From NCBI GenBank assembly GCA_034660555.1, contig JAYEJL010000165.1, forward strand, positions 42,109-106,108: a stretch of 64,000 bases of DNA, in the 5' to 3' direction. Positions 57,415 to 64,000 of this stretch are shown piece by piece (within the stretch, counting starts at the first letter, position 1; each line of letters opens with the position of its first letter). The notes beneath the pieces are model-generated. The model ran no database searches. It saw only the letters and a list, made by a program, of their open reading frames with translations, and had not been told where the DNA came from. The position numbers were made by a program, and so were the translations under genes. This DNA is from Thermotogota bacterium. Its GTDB lineage: Bacteria; Thermotogota; Thermotogae; Petrotogales; Kosmotogaceae.

Positions 57415-58711
57415 CTTTGTAGCTTTTCTTCTCCGATCTCATACGCGCATTTTGGACTTTCCAATATATCCAAAAAACGGGGGAAACGAAAGCGTTTTTT
57501 TCCTTCGTTATTTTGCCTATCAATTTAGATGCCAATTTAGCACTTTCGTTGAACGCAAAACGTGTAAGCGCTGTATATTCTTCCTGAACTTCTTTGGTTT
57601 CATAAACCTTTTGAAATAAATTATTCTGTAATGCTTCAATAGATTTTCTAACATACTCTTTTGTTTCTTTGCTCTTAAATAAGTACTTTCTGTACAAATC
57701 TTCCCATTGTCTCCAAAAAGCAAGTCCTTCAGGTTCGTTTGAATATGGTAACGTGGATCCTGTATCTATTAACCAAATGGGTTTGTATGTTGAAATACAT
57801 GGAGCACTGGTCCCCGTAGCCCATACAGTAGTTTTTTCATCAATTTCGCATATCATCGATGCTGTGGTTTGATTTGAGATTAAACCACCCCCATGCATAC
57901 AAATGTTTTTCATTGAACCCTTCTTTAAATTTGCATCGTACTGGTGATCTTTAAGAAGTTCAACCAATTTTTCCGGGCTAATATCTGGACTTTCATCCCT
58001 TATAAACGTTTCGGTTCTTTCTTTTCTCTTATCCGCACCACTAAAAAACGTGTACATTTTATTACCATAGGCTTTCGAAAATTCAAAGTCTTCTTCACTC
58101 TTACACCAATTCTTATCCACTGCATGTTTTACTGCTTCCGGATGAATAAGATCAAAATCATTACCAATGGTCAACGAATTGGATATGGTACAAAGATCTA
58201 CTGTTCTCTTTGCTGCCCAATATTCTCCTGCAGTTTCAAGCAGCCAACCTTCCTTATTATCAGCTATAAGAAAAGAATTGTGATAATTGAGTTCGCCGTA
58301 ATATGCACCATTTCCACCCTGACCGTATTCTTCAAGGAGTCCTATGATTACTTTCAATGCTTGCTGTGCACTGGAAGATCTCTCAAGAGCCATTCTTAAC
58401 ATATCCATTCCCAACAGGCTTTTTTCTTCTACGGGTTCTTTTGTAAAGACTGCCTCGTTTCCAATAGCTACACCCTTATCGTTTATACCCATTTCTCCTC
58501 CCCATATCCATGACGGTTTTGAAAGGAGTATGCCATTGATTCGATCCACCTGTTTTACCTTAATATACGTTGTTTTTACATAATCTTCCTCCGGTTTAGA
58601 AGGAGGGAAATACACCATCGCTTGGGGTTCATTTGGGTGTCTATCACTATTTTTCGCAAACAGCGTCCTGTTTCCAAGTACCTTTTTTCCAATAAAAATC
58701 GTGTCACACAA
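57404..58711 (-). CDS. C69-family (secernin/dipeptidase-like) Ntn-hydrolase peptidase
   Basis: 435 aa. N-terminal MCDT (Cys2 nucleophile) and FAKNSDRHPNEPQ, as in secernin-type C69 peptidases. Confidence 0.65.
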   Translation of the reverse strand: MCDTIFIGKKVLGNRTLFAKNSDRHPNEPQAMVYFPPSKPEEDYVKTTYIKVKQVDRINGILLSKPSWIWGGEMGINDKGVAIGNEAVFTKEPVEEKSLLGMDMLRMALERSSSAQQALKVIIGLLEEYGQGGNGAYYGELNYHNSFLIADNKEGWLLETAGEYWAAKRTVDLCTISNSLTIGNDFDLIHPEAVKHAVDKNWCKSEEDFEFSKAYGNKMYTFFSGADKRKERTETFIRDESPDISPEKLVELLKDHQYDANLKKGSMKNICMHGGGLISNQTTASMICEIDEKTTVWATGTSAPCISTYKPIWLIDTGSTLPYSNEPEGLAFWRQWEDLYRKYLFKSKETKEYVRKSIEALQNNLFQKVYETKEVQEEYTALTRFAFNESAKLASKLIGKITKEKNAFVSPVFWIYWKVQNARMRSEKKSYKVKF

Positions 58712-58740
58712 TGATTTCAGCTCCTATCATAAATCCTGTA

Positions 58741-59481
58741 TCAAATGCTTCCAATAAACTCATGAATTGCAGCTAGATTTGCTTCCAGTGCATCTCTGCT
58801 CGGCAAAAAATCGATCCAGCTAAGAGAGTACGTTTCATACAGATAATCTGAAGGCCAGGGATAAATGTTTAGTGAATATTTTTCAAGAGAAGTAACCGCT
58901 CTTGGCATGTGAACCGCTGAAGTAACTAACAAAACATTCTTCCAGTTGTTATCTTTACATGCTTCAGCAATAAATGCTGTATTTTCCAAAGTATTTCTGG
59001 CAGTACGATCAACGATAATATCTTCTTGACTGACTCCCCATGAAATGAGAGTGTTTTTCATTATCTGCCCTTCTGAAGTTGCTTCACGTCCCAAAGGTTT
59101 TCCTCCGGTAACTATAATTCTTTTGCCGGTTTTTTTGTAAATGTTGTAACCTTCCATCAGCCGATTAAGCGTGCTCTGATTGGTCTGCTCTCCATAAGGC
59201 GTTTGAACGATACCTCCTCCAAGAACTGCAACAACATCTAAATTAATAATTTCAGAAGGTCTTAAATACTTTGTTTCAAGGGGTTTTAAATACAATCTTG
59301 CTCCGATTCCTGTGGCAAGCAAATAAAAGAACAGGCTAACTAGCAACATTGCATAACCTATCCTTTTAGTTACTGGAGATTCAGCTTTTTTTATTGTCAT
59401 AAGTGACATTATCAAATATAAAACCACCAAAATTCCCGGTGGTGAAAGTATCATTCCAAGTATTTTTTGAATGTAATACAT
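58741..59481 (-). CDS. YdcF/SanA-family (DUF218) protein
   Basis: 246 aa with N-terminal TM segments, VLGGG and LLVTSAVHMPRA motifs. Confidence 0.8.
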   Translation of the reverse strand: MYYIQKILGMILSPPGILVVLYLIMSLMTIKKAESPVTKRIGYAMLLVSLFFYLLATGIGARLYLKPLETKYLRPSEIINLDVVAVLGGGIVQTPYGEQTNQSTLNRLMEGYNIYKKTGKRIIVTGGKPLGREATSEGQIMKNTLISWGVSQEDIIVDRTARNTLENTAFIAEACKDNNWKNVLLVTSAVHMPRAVTSLEKYSLNIYPWPSDYLYETYSLSWIDFLPSRDALEANLAAIHEFIGSI

Positions 59482-59486
59482 AAATT

Positions 59487-60212
59487 CTATGACTTCCCTC
59501 CAAATACTGCGATAAGTTGCGATATGTTATCCGTGACAATGTAATCACAGTGATCTTTGACTTTAAGTGCAAGCGCCGGGTCGTTCAATGTCCAGAGAAG
59601 TATTCTGATTTCCCAGTGCCTTAACAAATCGATTAACTCAAACCCTTTTTCCAGTCCAACTTCATCAAATATTTGAACAGGTAGATGCAATGAATAAGGA
59701 TTATATCTTTTTATCAACTCTTTAAAATATTCCAGAGGATCATCAGTCTTTGCCCTTTCATCAATAAGCATTCCTATGTGAGCCTCGGGAACATTATTCT
59801 TTAATACTTCAAGGCATTCGTGATGAAAAGAAGAAAAAATCGTTCTGTCAAGAGCTCCAAAACTATTAACCAGCTGGCCAACCAATGGTGCTGCTTCCAC
59901 ATCCTTAAGTTCTACATTTATTAATGAGTCATCGGGCATTTCAAGATAAAGCATTTCCAGTGTAGTAAGGAGTTCTTCATTAATAAAACCTTTTTTCTTT
60001 AGATATTTAAAAGATGTTTCTTTAACATTCAATTTCTCTCCAGTGATCTTCTCCAGCTCGGGATCATGGGTGAGAACCATTGTAGAATCCTTCGTTAACC
60101 AAACATCGGTTTCAACACCATCTGCTCCTACCTGAATGGCTTTTATTAGTGAAAGTAAAGAATTTTCTCCACAACCAGCACCCATTCCTCTATGTCCCAA
60201 AATTCCTGGCAT
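59487..60212 (-). CDS. glycerophosphodiester phosphodiesterase (GDPD family)
   Basis: 241 aa. GHRGMG...ENSLLS...ETDVWLTKD...VLTHD motifs. Confidence 0.85.
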   Translation of the reverse strand: MPGILGHRGMGAGCGENSLLSLIKAIQVGADGVETDVWLTKDSTMVLTHDPELEKITGEKLNVKETSFKYLKKKGFINEELLTTLEMLYLEMPDDSLINVELKDVEAAPLVGQLVNSFGALDRTIFSSFHHECLEVLKNNVPEAHIGMLIDERAKTDDPLEYFKELIKRYNPYSLHLPVQIFDEVGLEKGFELIDLLRHWEIRILLWTLNDPALALKVKDHCDYIVTDNISQLIAVFGGKS

Positions 60213-60413
60213 AATATCGCCTCCAGTAAGCTTAACTTAATAAATTCTTTAATTCAGAACGTTGTCTAAAAGAGAAAGCAAGCGTATAAAGTTGTTAATC
60301 ATTTTATATGCTTATAAATAACGATGTCTTGTTTTTCACAGACCCCCTTTAAAATTTTATAATATTAAATGAAGTACACAGTACATTATAATATTTTAGG
60401 AGGCTAGAAAAAA

Positions 60414-60725
60414 GTGAGAAGGCTCACCGATCATCCTATACTTTCCTTTAGAAGGGGCAAAAAAATTACTTTTTACTTTGAAGGACAGGAGCTAAAAGCT
60501 TATGAAGGCGAAACGATAGCTGTAGCTTTACATGCAAATGGTATCAAAAACTTGAGAAAGACTCCCAAAAGAAAACGCAATCAGGGATTTTTCTGCGCAA
60601 TTGGAAAGTGCTCATCTTGTCTTATGGAAGTTAATGGAATACCAAATGTAAGAACCTGTATTACACGCGTCAAGGAAGGTATGTCAGTTAGAAGGCAACA
60701 GGGAAGAGGTGAGATAATTGACTGA
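60414..60725 (+). CDS. (2Fe-2S)-binding protein (sarcosine-oxidase-alpha N-terminal / HcnA-like)
   Basis: 103 aa with a GTG start after AGGAGG. Cys cluster FFCAIGKCSSCLMEVNGIPNVRTC. Confidence 0.8.
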   Translation: MRRLTDHPILSFRRGKKITFYFEGQELKAYEGETIAVALHANGIKNLRKTPKRKRNQGFFCAIGKCSSCLMEVNGIPNVRTCITRVKEGMSVRRQQGRGEIID

Positions 60726-62532
60726 TCTTCATGTTCTGATAGCTGGTGGTGGACCTGCAGGACTCGCTACAGCAATAGAAGCTGGTAAGGTAGGTCTCAA
60801 TGTACTGATTGTTGACGAAGGAATAGAACCAGGTGGTCAATTGGTAAAACAAACCCACAAATTTTTTGGAAATGAGAATTTCTATGCTTCCGTACGGGGA
60901 TTTGAAATAGCACAGGAACTTCTTAAAGAGATATCGAATATGAAAAATGTTGAAATTTTACCCGAATCAACTGTTATTGGTATTTATGATAAAGGTATCC
61001 CGGTTCTTAATAGAGAAACCGATAGGGTTGATCTTCTGAAGCCTGAACGAATAGTAATTGCAACCGGTGCATCAGAGAAATTCCTTCAGTTTGAAAACAA
61101 TGACTTGCCAGGTGTATATGGCGCTGGAGCTGTTCAAACATTAATGAATCAGTATGGTATTTTACCGGGTGAAAACATTCTAATCATCGGTTCAGGAAAC
61201 ATTGGTCTTATTGTAAGTTACCAGCTGGAACAGGCTGGGGCTAACGTAAAAGCTATTGTTGAAGCTGCAGATCGTATTGGAGGGTATGAAGTTCACGCTA
61301 GAAAGGCAAAAAGACTCGGTATACCAATACTTTTAAAGCATACTATAAAAAAGGCGCTGGGGATTACTCAGGTTGAAGGTGCAGTTATTACAGAAGTTGA
61401 TGAAAACTGGCAAATGATTCCCAGTAAAGAGAGAGAATTTGTTGTGGATACAATATGTATAGCAACGGGATTGACACCTTCCGTTGAACTTGTTTCCCAG
61501 GCAGGTGGAAATATCAAGTACATACCTGAACTTGGAGGATATGTTCCAGAAAGAAATATAGACATGAGAACCACTGTTAACAATGTTTTCGTAGCTGGTG
61601 ATGTAAGTGGAATTGAAGAAGCTACAACAGCTATGATTGAAGGAAGAATAGCTGGATTAAACATTGCCAGAGATTTATCAAAGAAAATCGATGAGAACAG
61701 ATTGAATGATTTAAAAGAACAGATCAAAAATTTTAGAAGCGGTCCTACATCCCAAAAGGTTTGTAGCGGACTACAAAAACTTGGTTTCACAATTGAGAGA
61801 GAAAAATTTGTAGAAAAAAACGATGATGACTTCAAAAAATATGAAGGCAAAAAACGACCTATCATAGAATGTCCTGAGCCAATTCCATGCAATCCCTGTG
61901 AAACAAGCTGCCCCGTTGGGGCAATTACTGTTGGAGAAAATATTAACAGTATTCCCACAATAGACTACGAAAAATGTACTGGATGTGGTATTTGTGTCTC
62001 AAAATGTCCGGGGTTGGCAATATTTATGATTCAGGAGCTACTGGATTCCAACAAAGCCATAATAGGTATTCCGTATGAATTCTTACCACTTCCTCAAAAA
62101 AATGATACTGTTTACGTATTATCAAGAGATGGCGAAATACTGGATACTGGTGAAGTTACTCAGGTGACAGATTTTGGAAATAAATCACCTGTGGTATATG
62201 TAAAAATAGATAGGGAACACATTGAGGATGCCAGACACATAAAACCAGTGACTCATTCGAGAAACGATTATGTATGTCGCTGTGAAGAGATAACTGTTGA
62301 AGATATTGAGAAAGCAATTGATGAAGGTTACACAGATTTTGAAGAATTGAGGAGATATTTAAGAATAGCGATGGGTCCCTGCGGTGGTCGAACGTGCAGA
62401 CTTAACGCATTGAAGATACTCTCAAGAAAAACTGGGATCCCCGTAGAAAAATTGGATCCCGGTAATCTTAGACCCCCAGCAGTACCAACAACTTTCAAAA
62501 CCATTTCAGAAGGAAGTGAAAAAAATGAATAG
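60718..62532 (+). CDS. FAD/NAD(P)-binding oxidoreductase with 4Fe-4S ferredoxin and BFD-like 2Fe-2S modules (proline-dehydrogenase alpha / HcnB / opine-oxidase A-like)
   Basis: 604 aa. Two Rossmann motifs (VLIAGGGPAGLA; ILIIGSGNIGLI), a ferredoxin motif CTGCGICVSKCP, and a BFD-like CRCEEITVEDIEKAI...CGGRTC. Confidence 0.8.
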   Translation: MTDLHVLIAGGGPAGLATAIEAGKVGLNVLIVDEGIEPGGQLVKQTHKFFGNENFYASVRGFEIAQELLKEISNMKNVEILPESTVIGIYDKGIPVLNRETDRVDLLKPERIVIATGASEKFLQFENNDLPGVYGAGAVQTLMNQYGILPGENILIIGSGNIGLIVSYQLEQAGANVKAIVEAADRIGGYEVHARKAKRLGIPILLKHTIKKALGITQVEGAVITEVDENWQMIPSKEREFVVDTICIATGLTPSVELVSQAGGNIKYIPELGGYVPERNIDMRTTVNNVFVAGDVSGIEEATTAMIEGRIAGLNIARDLSKKIDENRLNDLKEQIKNFRSGPTSQKVCSGLQKLGFTIEREKFVEKNDDDFKKYEGKKRPIIECPEPIPCNPCETSCPVGAITVGENINSIPTIDYEKCTGCGICVSKCPGLAIFMIQELLDSNKAIIGIPYEFLPLPQKNDTVYVLSRDGEILDTGEVTQVTDFGNKSPVVYVKIDREHIEDARHIKPVTHSRNDYVCRCEEITVEDIEKAIDEGYTDFEELRRYLRIAMGPCGGRTCRLNALKILSRKTGIPVEKLDPGNLRPPAVPTTFKTISEGSEKNE

Positions 62533-63664
62533 CGCTTCTGCTGTTATTATAGGTGGAGGAATAATCGGAACTTCAATTGCTTACCATCTATGCAAGAATG
62601 GTATAAATGATATCGTTCTCCTTGAAAAGGACTATTTATCAGCAGGATCAACAGGGCGTTGCGGAGGTGGGATTCGTCAACAGTGGAGTGAAAGGCCAAA
62701 CGTTAGATTGGCCATGAGAAGTGTAGAGCTGTTCAATAAATTCAAAAAGGATATTGGAATGGATATTGAATACTATCAGGGTGGTTATCTGCTTTTAGCA
62801 TTTACTGACGAAGAGGTTGAATTGTTTGAAAACAATGTAAAAATGCAGAAAGAGGAAGGATTGGATGTTAATTTTCTTTCGAAGAAAGAAACTGCAGAAA
62901 AATTCCCCTATATAAACACCTCTGATGTAAAAGCAGCAGCATTTTGTTCATCAGATGGGCATGCAAATCCTCATCTTGCCACTATGGGATATGCCAAAGC
63001 TGCTGCAAAACGTGGAGCCAGAATCTTAACCCGCACAAAAGCTACTGACATAGATGTTTCTAACAACTCAATAAAGGGAGTAAACACAGATAAAGGTTAC
63101 ATAAAGACATCGCTGGTAATAAACGCAGCGGGTGGCTATTCTCACGAAGTGGGTAAAATGGCTGGTATAGACTTACCAACAGAATCATACAGACATCAGA
63201 TTTTTGTCACCGAACCAGTTGAACACCTTATGGATCCTCTTGTTATAAGCTTTGAGAAAAATTTCTATATAAGACAAACCAAATCTGGAAACTTTATTAT
63301 GGGACAGGGTGATGAAGATGAAAAACCCAGCCACAACGAAAATCCGGGCTGGAGATTTCTTACTGAAATGACAGAGAAGATGCCCAAATTCTTCCCGTTT
63401 CTAAAACAAATGAGAGTTCTAAGGCACTGGGCAGGACTTTATAACATGTCACCCGATGCGCTTCCAATAATTGATAAATCATCAGAAATAACTGATTTCT
63501 ATTATGCGGTTGGATTCAGTGGACACGGTTTCATGCTTGCTCCCGCTGTGGGAGAAGCGATGGCTGAATGGATAGTACACGGAGAAACTAAACATGTAGA
63601 TATTTCAAATCTTAATATAGAACGTTTTGCAAAAGGTGTTACAAGAGAAAAAAACGTTGTTTAA
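62516..63664 (+). CDS. FAD-dependent oxidoreductase (DAO family; sarcosine-oxidase beta / proline-dehydrogenase beta / HcnC-like)
   Basis: 382 aa with VIIGGGIIGTSIAYHL and DAO-family sequence throughout. The alternative start is the ATG at 62525. Confidence 0.85.
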   Translation: MKKMNSASAVIIGGGIIGTSIAYHLCKNGINDIVLLEKDYLSAGSTGRCGGGIRQQWSERPNVRLAMRSVELFNKFKKDIGMDIEYYQGGYLLLAFTDEEVELFENNVKMQKEEGLDVNFLSKKETAEKFPYINTSDVKAAAFCSSDGHANPHLATMGYAKAAAKRGARILTRTKATDIDVSNNSIKGVNTDKGYIKTSLVINAAGGYSHEVGKMAGIDLPTESYRHQIFVTEPVEHLMDPLVISFEKNFYIRQTKSGNFIMGQGDEDEKPSHNENPGWRFLTEMTEKMPKFFPFLKQMRVLRHWAGLYNMSPDALPIIDKSSEITDFYYAVGFSGHGFMLAPAVGEAMAEWIVHGETKHVDISNLNIERFAKGVTREKNVV

Positions 63665-63678
63665 AGGAGGTATTAGAG

Positions 63679-64000
63679 ATGACAGAAGCAAGTGATTACA
63701 TGATTCTGCCACCATTTAAAAATGAAGGTTACATTGATCCATCAAATCCCGAAGTAAGGAGGAAAATGAAAGAAGCCCTTGATAAGGTGAGCAATGAAAA
63801 ACGTCATTTTGACCTTATAATAGGGGGCAAACATCAGAAGACAGACAGAGTTACTGAATCAAGAAACCCAAGTAATCCTTCAGAAATAGTGGGTACCGTT
63901 TCCAAAGCAGACAAAAAAATTATCGATTCTGCAATGGATGTTGCCTGGAAAACCTTTGAAACATGGAAGCACACCCCTGTAAAAGAACGTGTTAAACCAT
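63679..64000 (+). CDS. L-glutamate gamma-semialdehyde (1-pyrroline-5-carboxylate) dehydrogenase, aldehyde dehydrogenase family; N-terminal part only
   Basis: Absent from the ORF track because it runs off the window. ATG at 63679 after AAGGAGG. My translation reads MTEASDYMILPPFKNEGYIDPSNPEVRRKMKEALDKV...LIIGGKHQKTDRVTESRNPSNPSEIVGTVSKADKK..., which resembles the RocA/PruA-type N-terminus. Confidence 0.75.
   Translation, partial: MTEASDYMILPPFKNEGYIDPSNPEVRRKMKEALDKVSNEKRHFDLIIGGKHQKTDRVTESRNPSNPSEIVGTVSKADKKIIDSAMDVAWKTFETWKHTPVKERVKP

Overview
AT-rich, gene-dense chromosomal window with about 55 protein genes and 3 tRNAs. I saw no rRNA, CRISPR array, transposase, integrase or phage genes. 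All family calls come from motif recognition in the supplied translations and my own reading of the DNA; no database search was run.

The gene content suggests a Thermotogota-like thermophile, but this is inference only. It includes groES-groEL with a CIRCE element, mnmG, hisS, gdh, tldD/pmbA, a GH57 branching enzyme, very large MalF/MalG permeases, an archaeal/Hcn-type flavoenzyme trio next to a P5C dehydrogenase, and strong GGAGG ribosome-binding sites.

Layout:
- 1-6390: maltodextrin ABC operon (malE, malF, a giant malG, and an alkaline-phosphatase-family gene).
- 6.5-29 kb: housekeeping genes and 3 tRNAs.
- 29.1-31.7 kb: K+ uptake operon.
- 32.4-35.2 kb: feoAB.
- 35.3-37.2 kb: groESL.
- 37.5-40 kb: an 815-aa secreted zincin/beta-rich protein.
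- 40.8-46.7 kb: LacI-controlled sugar ABC transporter plus GH42 beta-galactosidase operon.
- 47.5-49.7 kb: a decayed second sugar locus.
- 49.8-52.9 kb: a VIT/vWA protein and a DUF6544-like gene.
- 53.9-56.7 kb: tldD/pmbA.
- 60.4-64 kb: a proline-dehydrogenase-like cluster.

I found no obvious defence island or mobile element. The observations most worth a second look are:
1. A roughly 665-aa coiled-coil-like extracytoplasmic insertion inside MalG.
2. The 815-aa HExxH + beta-rich + barrel-like protein transcribed divergently from groESL.
3. An unusually high density of gene lesions. These are in-frame TAA/TGA/TAG stops, a homopolymer frameshift and truncations, and they affect trkH, a trkA-N gene, feoB, an ABC permease, an alpha/alpha-toroid-like gene and the DUF6544-like gene. 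Two of the stops sit where Trp is expected.
4. Several clean operator-like dyads and repeats upstream of gdh, feoA, the lacI-family gene and the 815-aa gene.
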